DNA of 63,448 bases, filler included, from Octopus bimaculoides (GCF_001194135.2; 4 parts of 4 records of this genome joined end to end with filler, not necessarily neighbours in it); one strand, 5' to 3'. Counted from the first letter of the whole stretch, positions 35,011 to 49,316 are shown. The notes: generated from the sequence alone by a model not told the origin. Made by a program: numbers and translations.

Positions 35011-37909
35011 CAACAACAACAACAACAATGATAATAATAATAACAAGAAGAAGACAAAGAAGAAGAAAGACGGGGCAAAATCATTTGTTTACTTCTTTTT
35101 GCATTAGTATAATAGTATAAATATAATTGAAAAAAAATCATTTTCCTTTTCCCATCAAATTTCAGAAGATAGTTGATATCTCTATTTTCTTTTACTTGTA
35201 TTTCCAGCATTGAAAACTTGAAATGTATCTGCAACAAGAGCAGAAACAACAACAGAATATAGAAAAACAAAATACGCAACAATATTAGCAAGATCTACAA
35301 CATCTAAAAGATCGACAGATTTTACGTTACGGGAAAACCACCGTACTGACACGAACGATACCTTGTGTTTACACAGAATTCGAGACAAGAAAGATTTCCA
35401 CGCAACTTAAAATATTTAAAAAAGAATCCTAATCCGAAGATACTTCATAGACACTTCAGATATCCTCGGGACAAAGAGTATTAATGCCACAGATATCAAC
35501 ACGTCAAAACTGAGCAGTGGATTTTCCCCCATCCATTCGCTAGCCAACATATTGCAACACCAAATGTGTTGCATTAATTAACAAAGGCAGTGAGCAGTTA
35601 AAATCGTTAGCACGCTGGGCACAGTCCTTATCGGCAATTCGTCCGTCTTTACGTTCTGAATTGTAAAATGTGTACCAGTTGAGCACTGGGGTAGATATAA
35701 TCGACTCATCCACTCCCACGAAAACCGCTGGTCCAGTACCCAAATTTCAAAACTGAAATGAATTGCATTAATTAGCATTCTCTATGATTGAAGGGAAACC
35801 AATGGAACTTGCTCAAGAATTCCAGGTTTCAAAATATCGATATTGTAGCCAACAGCAAGACCACGTTTTATGAGATCTACTCAAGCATTCTCCCCCGAGC
35901 CGATTACGGTATATACACCACTTTCGGAAGAACAACATATAAAACGCTGCATAAAAATCAAAAGTACTATGGAATCAGTCAGTTTTTTGTAAAGACATAC
36001 CGAATAGACACCATCAGATTGGAGAAGTTAAATTCATTGATCAAATTAGATCAAAAGAAAATACATTGCTTACTATGTGCTTCGCTAGGAGAGTAGCCCT
36101 TGACTGCTTCCTCGGTGGAAAGCACCGAGGATGTGTTGTTAATTGCTAGGTCGTTGATACTTTCTCTCAGAAAAGAGCGAGCGAAGGCCTTTAGATGAGA
36201 TAAAGTGACGTTGACGGAGCTTGTTGACAAGGCCGTTTCGTATTTTGCGGTCCATTGCAGTTTTTAGCAACACTTTACTGAACTGTTTGCAAGTTACCAC
36301 GGAATGAAGTCGCTGTAGATCTGTAAACTGCGACTATTGACCCAAGACAAAGAGTGATAAGGGAAGCGGATTCCGGAATTTGTAGTAGCACATGCTTTTA
36401 CAAACTCTGAAAATTCTGAGCAAATCGCAAGCCTAAACAGTTTACTCTGTGTACTTTATTGTTACATGATATGTTCATTATCTACCATTTTAGTGAGTGA
36501 TCTATTGTGTGTAGCAGCAACCTGGGAAGACTATAACTAATGTGGGCCAAGGAATAACAGCCCTACTGGGGAAGGAATCAAATAAGGGGATACAACAAAC
36601 TTCAGGCCCATTATTCAGTTGAAAAACAAAGTTAGAAATTTTGGCAAAGCTGATCAAGTGTTAGGTTGAGGTGGGTAATTTTATGCAGGCACGCTTGAAA
36701 ACAAATACATCTCCGGTGTTCTTCACAAAGATATTGATGAATGGGTATGACCCCTTTCATCAAAGACCAAGGTTATGCATTTCGCATTTAGAACGTTTTG
36801 CAGCACTCTCTGAATTCTATCAGCCTGCGGAAATGTTATTTTTTAAGCTCTGAAAGCCAAAGTAAAATATGTGTTATGATTCAGTTACTAAGAAAAAGGC
36901 AGAGACATGTATAAAAGACAGAGTTTTCCTTATCGAGAAATTACTGATAGAAACGAAGTGGAAAATAAAACAATCCTCTTATATTTCATTTATCAACGAT
37001 ACTATAACAAAAGTATAACAATACTGTCACCAGTAACTATTCTTCTGTTGAGTTGTGTTTCCTTTCAACCCATCCGATGAACTTAAAGTAACATTTACTG
37101 TAACACTTAATACCAAACCATTTACTGTAACACTTAATACCAAACCATTTCCAGTCCATTACTTCCATATATGCTACTCTGATGACATTTTCTTCATACC
37201 AACAGAAGTATCCACTATTTTAAATCGATTTTCAAGAACGCGTGGTTGTATTGAAGAAGATTTGCTTGTTATTTCTTATAGATTACGTAACATCCTAAGC
37301 AACCTACCCCGACCTACACATGCCTCAGCAAATCCAAATATAAGATTTCCCCCCAGACATTGCTTTCTACTCTTTATACGGAGGTACAAATAAACAAACA
37401 ATTATTCAACTTATTTTGGACAACCCATCGATTATAATCGCAATGCATTCGCACTTCAGATAAGAAAGCAAACATGCTTTTACAAACTCTGAAAATTCAC
37501 AATGGAATAAGTTCTATCAAGGAACTGGATCAAGGTTTTCATAAATCATCAATACCGCTATCTCCAACTTAAGAACTGAAGCACATACGTTCAACAAAGT
37601 AATGATAGAATCTTCTAGAAACCTATCCCATAAGTTCACATAAATATACATTCCCATTTATACACAGAAATTGTCAATCTCATAGAAACCATAAGCAGTC
37701 TCAAACATAATTTACTCTAACAACTCAAAGCACGAAATAAAACTCATTATGGAAGAAGTGACAAGCAAAATAAACTGACAAATATTTGTGTCCAAAATAA
37801 ACTACAAATGTAATAGCAAAACACAACATACAAAACGTAACATAATCAACATCTTCATTCCACTTCCACCAAAACCACCATCACCTCCTCCACCTCTTCC
37901 TTCTTATCG

Positions 37910-37933
37910 TTGTTGTCGTCGTTGTCGTCATCG

Positions 37934-37971
<38 letters not shown>

Positions 37972-38090
37972 GTCGTCGTCGTCATCATCATCATCATCCA
38001 CATCATCATCGTCAGCGTCATCATCATCATCATCGTCAGCGTCATCATCATCATCGTCATCATCATCATCATCATCGTTGTTGTTGTGGT
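37910..38090. repeat. (CAT/CGT)n microsatellite
   Basis: Direct inspection; source of the spurious poly-H/D/S/M ORFs. Confidence 0.9.
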
Positions 38091-38320
38091 GAAATCCTGA
38101 CACCCTTGTGGGATAGCATGTGAACTGTCCTAAACATTATAAATGCGCATGCGTACTGACAGTGCGACGTATAGTGTGGTGTGTGCAGTCGCATTTGTGA
38201 AGGCAATCGTAGAAGTCGTTGAGAAGAGATATGTTTGTCACGTGTTTGTTACTGATTTAGTTTTTGTAGTGTTATAAAATTGTTACAGTGTAATCTATAT
38301 ATAAACTCAAGGATATAATA
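38082..38320 (+). repeat. 5' LTR
   Basis: Direct repeat of 41981-42182. Confidence 0.85.
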
Positions 38321-41300
38321 GTGGCGACGAGACATTCGAAGCTCACTGTGGACGTTCTTTGCTTCCGTGGTACAGTTGCAACGGCAGCAAGCACAACAGC
38401 AACAGCAACAAGAGTTGCAACGGCAACTACAACAGCAACAACAAGAACAAAAGTTGTTGGAATTATTATTGCAGTCCAAAAACACTTCAGGTTTCTTTTC
38501 TTTGCTGATTCAATTGAAGAATTTACTTATAATCCAGAAGAAGGGATTACGTTTTCTGCATACTTCGGCAGGTATGAAGAAATCTTTGGAGAACAATGTA
38601 GAGACTGGATGGACGAAAATAAGGTGACTTCTTTAAGGAAATTATCACCTGCAGAACATAAAAAGTATTGTAATTACATTCTGCCGAGAAAGCAATCCGA
38701 AATTTGTTTTGAGGAAACAATTACCTTGTTATCGAAAATATTTAGAGAAAGAAGTTCACTATTTAATATTCACTAGGAATGCTTGAATTTGAAAAAAAGA
38801 AAAAAAATGGAACTGAAGATTTCGTCACGTATGCAGGAACCGTAAACAGAGAATGTGAAAAATTTACACTAAACGAATTAACCCCGAACATGTTCAAATG
38901 TCTAATCTTTGTACAGGGATTAACTGCAAGCAAAGATGCAGAGATACGGGCTCTGATATTGACAAAACTAGAACAAGTTTCGAAACTAACTCTACAGGCA
39001 GTAGCTGGAGAATGCCAAAAGATTATAAATTTACGACACGACGCAGAAAAAATTGAAAAAGAATATTCAAATATACATGTGTCGAGCTGTAACAGATGAG
39101 AAGAAAGAAAAACAACAGTCTAGACCCAAACCATGTTATAGGTGAGGAGAAATACATTTCAAAAGAAACTGTCCTTTTAAAAATCTAAAATGTTTTGGAT
39201 GTGGAAAAATTGGACACAAGAATTCACATTGTTGGGCGAAAGGAAAAAGGTCGAACGTAAAAAAATCGTCAAAAATTATTGTCAACACAAATGCAAAGCG
39301 AGGCACGATAAAGAAAATTTATCTCCATAAAAATAAATAATGTGAACACGAGAATACAGTTGGATACAGGTAGTGATATCACGATAATTAATGATGATAC
39401 ATGGAGAAAAATAGGAAAGCCTGAATTGAAAAAAAACTTCGAAACAATTGCGATTTTTGGGCGAAATGATAAGTGAGGTGACATTACGTAGAAAAACGTT
39501 GAAAGCAAAAGTTTTTTGTATTACAAAAAATACGACAAACCTATTTGGCACAGGCTGGATGGAACTATTTAATTTATGGGACCTCCACATAAATATTTTT
39601 TGTAATAATGTAAATGGTTCTTTCGCCAGTTCAAATAAGGCGTCGGAGGATTTAAAAAAGAAATTAAAAAGATATTTTTCTTGATTTTTTCTGAAGAATT
39701 AGGTATGTGCACCAAGACAAAAGTAAAATTTCAAGTGAGAGAAAACGCTGTACCGATATTTAAACCGAAGTGAGCCGTACCTTTCGCGGCGTTGAATCAA
39801 GTCAATGAGGAATTGAATAGATTAGAATAGCTTGGAATTATAGATAAAATTGATTATTCAGAATGGGCATCTCCAGCTGTTTATGTAAAGCAAAAAAATA
39901 ATAAAATACGAGTATGCGCTGACTTTTCAACAGGCTTCAACGAATGTTTGATTACACACAATTACCCATTACCAAGTCCGGAGGAATATTTTGCGAAACT
40001 CAATGGAGGAAGATTCTTTTCAAAGTTGGACTTGTTGGAGGCATATTTACAGTTACAAGTCGAGCAGGAATGTTAGAAGCTATTAACGATAAACACCCAT
40101 AAAGGTTTATATAAATTCAATGGACTTCCTTTTCGGATAAAGGTGACTTCTAGTATTTCTAACAGGTGATGGTCACTATGCTTGCGGAAACGGATTTCGC
40201 TATAGCTTATTTGGATGACAAAGTCATAAAAAGTGAGTCTCGAAGCCAGCGTGAGGAAAATGTTTAAAATGACTTTGAAAAAATAAAGGTATATTGATTT
40301 AAACTTAGCGAGGAAAAATGCGAATTTTTCATGCCAGGAATAAAGTATATAGGGCAAATTATCAATATATGGTCGCAGGCCAGATCCTTCAAAATCGACT
40401 GCAATAAAAAATATGCCACCTCCGAAAAATATTACAACGTTACAAGCCTTACTGGGGCTCGCAAACTATTACCAAACATATATAACAAATATGCATGAAC
40501 TAAGAACACCCCTAAACAAGCTATTGAAAAAAGACGTTAATGGTATTAGTCGGACAGGTGCCAAAAAGCGTTCGAAAAAATTATAAACGGTTTTAACATC
40601 GGAACTGTCATCGCACATTGATGCAAATTTAAAAATAATAGAAGCATCAGATGCTTGCGAAAGTGATATAGCAGCGCTAATTTTACACAGGCGTGAAAAT
40701 GGTAGCCTAAAACCCATTGCTCATGCTTCACATTCATTGCTGGCAGCTGAAAAAAAACTACAGCCAAAATGAGAAGTAGGCATTAGTCATTATTTTTGCG
40801 GTGAAAATATTTCACAAATTCATACATGGAAGGAAATTCAATCTGCAGACAGATCACCGCCCATTGTTGTCAATTAACGTATCGAAAAGGGTATCCCCAC
40901 ACATACAACCAAGCGATAGCAGCACTGGGGGACGATCCTGCAAAATTATGACTTTAAGGTGGAATTTCTACCATCGAAAAAACTGGGACATGCAGATGGG
41001 CTGTCAAAATTGATAGTTAAATACAATGAATCGAATAGCGGCATTAAAAGCTAAAATCGAAATAAACTCTGTAACGTAGTATGCGAACTACCTGTCACTT
41101 TAGAGGAAGTAAAAATTAAAGCAAAGAAGGATGTGTTCATAATAAAAATGTAAAAAATAGTGAAGCCAACCTCCAAAGTAATAATGGAATTTCTGGATGA
41201 ACATTTTGCGCGATATGGCATCCCAGACATTACAGTGTCTGATAACGGAACACAGTTCAGGTTGAAGGAATTAAAAAACTTTTGCAAAATGCATGCGACG

Positions 41301-41980
41301 GAAAATATTGCTACTCCTCTATAATATCCGAGATCGAATGGACTAGCGGAGCGTTTTGTAGACACATTTAAGAAGGCATTGAAAAACGTCTAGGAATGAG
41401 CTACTTGTTGCTACTGCATTGAAATAATCCGTAATACCTAACCCCAACACTACTTCAGGTATGTCGCCCATTGAACTAATGTTCGCCAGGAAAGTCAGGT
41501 CAAATTACTACCGGTAAGAAAATGGTGAGAAACACTGAAAATAAGATAAGATACTTCTAAATCGGTGACAAGGTGTTTTTTTTTTAAATATAATGAAATG
41601 GAAAAGAAAGTTGGGAAGAAGGTATATTAAGTAAACTTTTAGGGAAAATAACGTACATAGTAAACGGTCATATGTGGGAACCAAAAGACATTTAAATCAA
41701 CTGAAAAAAGGGTTTACGGGAGAAATAATAAGACATGAAGAACCAATGGAATTTCTTTATGACATTTTTGATGTCCTGGTACCTCACAAAATAGCCGAAA
41801 GAACGTGTACATCGACTATGAGAAGAAAACAAACAGATATTTTGCAAGTAGAGCCAAAACGAAACAATATTTCTTCCTCGGTAATTAAGTAAAAAAAAAG
41901 AGGGCGAGGTGGTAATAAATATATAATAAATAAAAGAAAAATGTTGGCTTCCAAAGGAAGTCAAGCTCAAAATGGGGAGA

Positions 41981-42182
41981 TTTTGTGGTGAAATCCTGAC
42001 AAAGGCGCATGAGTACCGACAGTGCGACGTACATTGTGGTCTGTTCAGTCGCATTTGTGAAGGCAGTTGTAGAAGTCGTTGAGAAGAGATATAAATTTGT
42101 TACGTGTTTGTTACTGATTTAATTTTTGTAGTGTTATAATACTATTACTGTGTAGTCTATATCCAAACTCAAGGATCTAAGA
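41981..42182 (+). repeat. 3' LTR
   Basis: Direct repeat of 38082-38320 with an internal deletion of about 40 bp. Confidence 0.85.
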
Positions 42183-43297
42183 ATCATCATGACGGTAGTG
42201 TTTCCAACTTAAAAGCAGTCCTTTTGCATGCTGGGAATAGATATTCAGGGATTCCAGTGGGTTAGTCGAGGAAGGTAAAAGTGTCATACGACATTATCAA
42301 GATGTTACTTTCCATGATCAGGTATAAGTTTTCAAGAGGAAAGCTGAAGGTGACTTGAAGATCATAAGTTTTTGTAACAGGGATGCAAAAGGTCTACACG
42401 GGGAATTGCTGCTTTTTGCGCCGGTGGGACAGCCGGGCTCGAAATGCGCACTATAGCCGGCAGGATTGGCTAGTACGTCATGAATTCGAAATCTGGAATA
42501 AAATCCTTCGATACGTACCACTAGTTTCATGTGACCTAATTGTGTTATCCCCGCTACATATTAAACTTGGAATCTTCAAACACTTTGTGATGTCACTGCT
42601 GTAATGAATCAAGTTGTTGAAAGATAACTTTCCTCGATTAAGCAAAGCAAAGATTAAAGAAGTCATATTCGTTGCACTTGACATTCGCAAATTGATGAAG
42701 AATCAGATGTTCAGATATTCATTGAATGAAGTTGATCGACGAATTTATGATGTTGAGTTAAACACAGCTGAACACTTGCTAGGAAAGAACCAGATCGCAA
42801 ATTATAAGGCAATTCAAGCTGATCTAGATCCATTCAATACGCAGGATGTCAAAATGCCCTTGTAGATTCACTTTTTAAAGAGTTACTTCGATTTCTTTCC
42901 ATTGGACTTTGCCACGAGCAGTGATGAGCATGGTGAAAGATTTCATCAAGTAATCACTACTATTGAAACAAGGTACCAAAGGTGAGCCGATCCTCAAATG
43001 GTGGCAGACATTTCCTGGCTTCACGCTTCTTGAATTGCATGCTACTGATCTTGACAGTAAAACAATGCTGTAACTTTTTGGTGGTAAGTTTGTTTCTAAG
43101 TGTATCTTATTATTTTAAACGTGATTAATTGTAGTTTAGTACATTAATAAATTACATGCAATGTTCACAATATTTGGCACTTTGTCTGTAAATGTATGTG
43201 GGATACCTTGTAGATCGAAATGTAGACGCGGTGGAGCAATGCAGATTTCATATTCATAAACAGCACCTTAAATTAACTAATATCACCTAAAGCAGTG
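42183..43297 (+). mobile_element. Decayed DNA transposon, probably Chapaev3-type (CMC)
   Basis: LKAVLLHAGN..GDLKII..CCFLRRWDSR..LSPLHIKLG..FPRLSKAKIKE..SDEHGERFHQ..ETRYQ; terminus ..CAGTG at 43293-43297. Family named from motif memory. Confidence 0.65.
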
Positions 43298-43424
43298 TTT
43301 GCTAAACACCAAGCAAATATTCTTATGAAGTATTTCTCGGAAACCAACTAACAAGAGTTGATGAATTGGTATTTCATACTTTTCAGATCAGTTAAGAATG
43401 TACCAAGCAAGAAAGTGGATAAAA

Positions 43425-43597
43425 GATTGTATGAAAGGATGCTTTGCGGTAGTTGGTTCAACTCTCCAATCAGAGTTCAAATCTCACCATGGTCTTTCAG
43501 GGATGCTAGGGGATTGTATGAACGGATGCTTTGCGGTAGTTGTTTCAACTCTCTAATCAGATTTCAAATCTTACCATGGTCTTTCGGGGATGCTAGA
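43425..43597. repeat. 87-bp tandem duplication
   Basis: GATTGTATGAAxGGATGCTTTGCGGTAGTTG...GGATGCTAG occurs twice. Confidence 0.85.
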
Positions 43598-43979
43598 CTT
43601 AGTGTAACGCCGAGTTTAACATCAGAACAAAGCACATTTGTATTCCTCTAGCAGAGACCCCCTTTACAAGAATTTAGGCTTAGATTCCAGTCTGAAGATA
43701 ACCATCCTCTCTCTCTCTCCTTGCCATCAGTCTCTGAGACTCTATAGAGTGCCATGAACACTGCGTTTCTCGTTCAACGAATAGGGGAACAAATGAAAGA
43801 AAACAGACTTCAGACTCGGACACAGAACGAAAAATACACACATTCTATATTCAAAACGATTTTATCCTTTCTTTCAACTAGCTTCAATATCGTACAATAT
43901 TTCAAACATACACCTAAACACTTCCAGACTGAAGGAATAACTTTCTTCAACAATAATTAAATTTACGCATATTAATACT

Positions 43980-44400
43980 CTTAATTACCCATTACCTGGA
44001 TGCTGGCTGAAATTTCTAAATCCCAAGAAACACCCATTTGAAGTAACTTCATACAAACCTATCCCTCTCAAAAATAGTAGAAAGGCTAACCATGAGTATC
44101 AGTAACACTCACTGTTCTACAAACCACGTCTCGGATTCAGACTATTAAATTCAGATACAACATAAACATTAAACTCACAAACCTAAAATACAATAAACAA
44201 AATATATATATCTCAGTATAACAAACATTGACATCAACAAAGGTATCCTCTCTATTCTCTCACATTTATTCTTACAAAATATACCCAATACTACATAACA
44301 AGCGACACAAATCACTACCAATCTGTCACAACGGCAACCCATGATAATTGTAAGAGCAAGACCCAGAAGATATAAACTCACGAATAGTGAACTACGAGAA
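43980..44400 (+). mobile_element. Possible highly decayed LINE RT fragment
   Basis: SYKPIPL..LGFR..KGILSILSHLF resembles the YRPISL / QxGFR / QGSILSP motifs; very degenerate. Confidence 0.3.
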
Positions 44401-44916
44401 ACTGATTTCTCCTTCACATTTTTTCAACGAATACCAACTCCAGCTTCGTACATCACACTGAAATCCTTCCAAAATTCTCTAGAAACTGATACGCATATCC
44501 GTCAACCATATATGGTACCACCTACGAAATCCACTGCCTCAAGTTTTGCATGTAAGACCTAACAACATTAAATATAATCAGTATTAAATGTAACTTTCCC
44601 ACGGAATAACATCAACAAGGCGAATTCATATAAAGAAGACACACAGAAAAAAAGGAAGAAAAATAGAAAAAAATGACGTACAATTCAACAATACACACGA
44701 TTCATTGAGAAGACGTAGTAATAACAACAAAATGAGCATAAACACATAAGTAGCATATTTGAGCGACAAAACTTGATATGTATGTTTCTGTGTGTGCGTA
44801 TACACATAGGCGTACACACAAACATATATATATATATACATACATACCTATATTATATGTGTGTGTCTGTGTTAATGCATACACACACACACGTGCATAG
44901 TTCATACATACATATG

Positions 44917-44952
<36 letters not shown>

Positions 44953-45019
44953 TATATATATATAAGTGTGTGTGTGTGTGTGTGTGTGTGTTAATACTGA
45001 ATAGTGAGAATGATTGCTC

Positions 45020-45420
45020 AACACTGCATTGGTGGTTGGAGATTCTTCATTAAGCGGGCTACCATTTGTTTCACAGTTGCAGGGAACATGATATGCATCA
45101 CCGTTCGAATCTCGTTCACGTCTCTACATAAGAATTTGTTCCTTCAGATGACCTTTTGGTCCTGATCGAAGTTTTTATCATCAGAGAAAAAGCAAAGCAT
45201 TTCAATCTCACACACTTGTTTAGGAATCACTTTGCAGGGATCGAACGGTTCTTTCTGGTCCCATCTCACATAAACTAACCCCTCTGAGCCATATACGACT
45301 TGTACAGGATGTGTTCATGCACAACTCTTCTGATGGTGCATTCTGAAACCTTGAAGTCTTTGGAAATGGCCAATTAAATTCCTGGGTCTGTTTTCGATTA
45401 TTTCTTCGACATTTTGATGG
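45020..45420 (-). mobile_element. Tc1/mariner (maT-like) transposase fragment
   Basis: The minus strand reads MLCFFSDDKNFDQDQKV...VMHIMFPATV. Confidence 0.7.
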
Positions 45421-46358
45421 TATCAAGATTCTGTGCATGTGTTTTGCGTTTAGTTACTGATGTCCGATCACGTGATGAACTGACGTGCAGTTACTTTCGA
45501 GCTTTTAAGAAACGAGCTATCAAAGCATCACTATGCTGCGTTTTTAAGGCAACGATTAGAGAGTGCATTTTCATTTGTAAAGTCAAGCTCATGTGTAACA
45601 TATACATCAGAAAAGTGAAGCAAAAATGTTGGAAGAAAGAGGTCTGGAAAAGGTGTCTTCAAAAATTGGCGCACCTTGTCTTTTGTCGATCAAGCAAGCC
45701 ACAACTTTCATGTCAATATGGATTATTCTTTACTTTTCCATGTGCATGTATGTGCGTGTGTGTGTGAGGGTTTTCTTTATGTGTGTACGTGCTGTGGGTA
45801 TATAAGCGATAATTATAGACATATACCACCTATCTTATTGATGAAGCAGGGTGACCTTTGTTTGGTCAAGTGATCATATCGAATGCAGTCTTCAATAAGT
45901 GGGTACATGTTTATATGTGTTGATGACAGAGAGACTGCATGTCTGTCCTGTTATCCATTTTTCACTCCCGTTATATGCGTATTTAACTCATTTGTTTTTG
46001 TATTTCATGTTCTTTACTGTTCGTGACGTCCTGAACTCATACATGCATATGTGTGTATATATGTGTGCGTGCGTGTGTGTCTGTATGTATATATATATAT
46101 ATATATATATATNNNNNNNNNNNNNNNNNNNNNNNNNNNNNNNNNNNNNNNNNNNNNNNNNNNNNNNNNNNNNNNNNNNNNNNNNNNNNNNNNNNNNNNN
46201 NNNNNNNNNNNNNNNNNNNNNNNNNNNNNNNNNNNNNNNNNNNNNNNNNNNNNNNNNNNNNNNNNNNNNNNNNNNNNNNNNNNNNNNNNNNNNNNNATAT
46301 ATGTATATGCATATATATATTCTTTATATTATATTATACTATATTATACATATATATA

Positions 46359-46397
<39 letters not shown>

Positions 46398-46406
46398 ATA
46401 TATATG

Positions 46407-46446
<40 letters not shown>

Positions 46447-46640
46447 CACATACACATACATATGCATACATACATACATGGATGTATACCTTTCAGGTTT
46501 GTAATAACGGATGGAAAATCAGCATACAATGTCTAGTGTGAAATGTATAATTTATTACGTCTGCAGGAATGAATGTAGTTTCGCATTTTGTAAGCGACCT
46601 ACATGCACACACGCACGCACTACAAGAACGCACACGCACA

Positions 46641-46696
<56 letters not shown>

Positions 46697-47953
46697 NNNN
46701 NNNNNNNNNNNNNNNNNNNNNNNNNNNNNNNNNNNNNNNNNNNNNNNNNNNNNNNNNNNNNNNNNNNNNNNNNNNNNNNNNNNNNNNNNNNNNNNNNNNN
46801 NNNNNNNNNNNNNNNNNNNNNNNNNNNNNNNNNNNNNNNNNNNNNNNNNNNNNNNNNNNNNNNNNNNNNNNNNNNNNNNNNNNNNNNNNNNNNNNNNNNN
46901 NNNNNNNNNNNNNNNNNNNNNNNNNNNNNNNNNNNNNNNNNNNNNNNNNNNNNNNNNNNNNNNNNNNNNNNNNNNNNNNNNNNNNNNNNNNNNNNNNNNN
47001 NNNNNNNNNNNNNNNNNNNNNNNNNNNNNNNNNNNNNNNNNNNNNNNNNNNNNNNNNNNNNNNNNNNNNNNNNNNNNNNNNNNNNNNNNNNNNNNNNNNN
47101 NNNNNNNNNNNNNNNNNNNNNNNNNNNNNNNNNNNNNNNNNNNNNNNNNNNNNNNNNNNNNNNNNNNNNNNNNNNNNNNNNNNNNNNNNNNNNNNNNNNN
47201 NNNNNNNNNNNNNNNNNNNNNNNNNNNNNNNNNNNNNNNNNNNNNNNNNNNNNNNNNNNNNNNNNNNNNNNNNNNNNNNNNNNNNNNNNNNNNNNNNNNN
47301 NNNNNNNNNNNNNNNNNNNNNNNNNNNNNNNNNNNNNNNNNNNNNNNNNNNNNNNNNNNNNNNNNNNNNNNNNNNNNNNNNNNNNNNNNNNNNNNNNNNN
47401 NNNNNNNNNNNNNNNNNNNNNNNNNNNNNNNNNNNNNNNNNNNNNNNNNNNNNNNNNNNNNNNNNNNNNNNNNNNNNNNNNNNNNNNNNNNNNNNNNNNN
47501 NNNNNNNNNNNNNNNNNNNNNNNNNNNNNNNNNNNNNNNNNNNNNNNNNNNNNNNNNNNNNNNNNNNNNNNNNNNNNNNNNNNNNNNNNNNNNNNNNNNN
47601 NNNNNNNNNNNNNNNNNNNNNNNNNNNNNNNNNNNNNNNNGTGTGTGTGTGTGTGTGTGAAGACTAATTCGAAATATAAGAAGAGGAAAAAGTGCAAAAA
47701 GTATAAGAGGGAGTGGAAGAATTAAAAGTTTAAGCAGGGTCATTTCACAGGGAGTTTTCAATTAGGCTTTTTTGACCAAGTCAGAGACAGAAGAATAGGG
47801 ACTGGTATTTGAATAGTGTAGTATGCAGAAAAGGGTAGGTGAAGTATTTGTGGTCGATAGGAAGAAAACCCACTATTGTATTTTTATATTTTCTACGAAT
47901 TGTTTGAAGCTCACTTTCTTCCTACACTTCGATCCTTGTATCTTACATTTACA

Positions 47954-48016
<63 letters not shown>

Positions 48017-48401
48017 TGTAATATATGTATGTATGTATGATGATTGTAATGCAAACACATTCTTGTCATATAAAGCTGATTGAGGCTGAGAATTCCTTTG
48101 GGGTAAAAGCTACTTCAGAAGCTCAGCCATACGTACCTTTCACGAGTAGGCAATTTTATCAACTAAACGATTGATGGTGATCGTCGATGTATGCATTATA
48201 TCTATATATATGTATATGTGTGTGTGTGCGCGCGCGCGCGTATACTCATTAATTCAGATATATATAGAGAGAGGTAAACACACACACACGCACATACACA
48301 CATATACATAAGTGAATACATAAGTTTTTTTTTTATATAAATTTGATATATGTAAAGATATATGTTCATTTGTTTTATATATATGTCTCTCTCTCTCTCT
48401 G

Positions 48402-48439
<38 letters not shown>

Positions 48440-48669
48440 AAATATATATATATATATAAATACATGGATATACACATGGATAGGTAGGTAGGTAGATAGA
48501 TAGATAAATAGACAGACAGATAGATAGATATACAGACATACATACATGTTCATCTACCTATAAATATATATTGTGTGTGCGTGTGTGTGTGATTATATTT
48601 ATTACCCAGTGTATCACAATATGTATATATACTTACAAGCACTCACACAAACACACACACACAGACGAG

Positions 48670-49190
48670 TGAGTGGACAATCGTAAGAACTTATTTAGCA
48701 AACAGTTACCTATATAATTTAACAACAGTTTGATCAGGCTCCATGCAAGGAGCCAAAATCAAACTGTTTTTAAATAATATAAATACATACATATCCTCCG
48801 CAGCATTGTCTCGGAGCCCGAATGTCTGCAACTTGATTTCGATTCCTAATAGCATGCACCTTGACTTTACTTTAAAACATAAACGTCAACATATCACCTA
48901 TCTTTTACCGTTTATAAAACTCGTGTTTTTGTATATTCAAATATAAGATGTGTATAGAAGGAGTTACGTTAGAAATGATTAAAAAAACGTTGATTGCCAT
49001 GATGATAGTGATTCTGGTGAGGGTTTTTGCACTGTTACCGTCACATTATATCTTGTATTTAGCGCGATATCAAGCGGATCCACTCCGTAGGGTCTGTCAT
49101 CGCACGCAACAGTTTTCACCGCTCGCATATTAAATATATACATAATACATTCATTCATACATGCATAAATAGACAGAGAACATTTCGGCA
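48670..49190 (+). pseudogene. Possible class-A GPCR relic (TM4-TM7)
   Basis: ECL2-like Cys (SPNVC); TM5-like ITYLLPFIKLVFLYIQI; after a frameshift, TM6-like KKTLIAMMIVILVRVFALLPSHYILYL; after another, TM7-like LAY(L)NIYIIHSFIHA. Order and spacing fit a 7TM receptor. Confidence 0.45.
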
Positions 49191-49280
49191 TACCCACACA
49201 CAGACAAACACACAGACACACACACACACATATCTATATATCTTTGTTTTTATGTGTATAAGTTTGTGTGTATACATAAA

Positions 49281-49316
<36 letters not shown>

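Larger units (their letters stand above)
38082..42182 (+). mobile_element. Decayed Ty3/Gypsy LTR retrotransposon with both LTRs
   Basis: LTRs ~38082-38320 and ~41981-42182; PBS-like TGGCGACGAG at ~38322; PPT AAAATGGGGAGA at 41969-41980. Gag (F.YNPEEGITF..YF.RYE), zinc knuckle, protease (LDTGSDITII), RT (WASPAVYVK..RVCADFS..YPLP..FSKLDL..AYLDD), RNase H and a partial integrase (TVSDNGTQF), with many stops and frameshifts. Confidence 0.92.

Noticed and set aside
35150-37850. A/C-rich ORF-like stretches, a 26-bp repeat (36390 and 37474) and an 8-bp hairpin at ~36108
   Set aside because: Probably very old retroelement debris; no diagnostic motif could be read.
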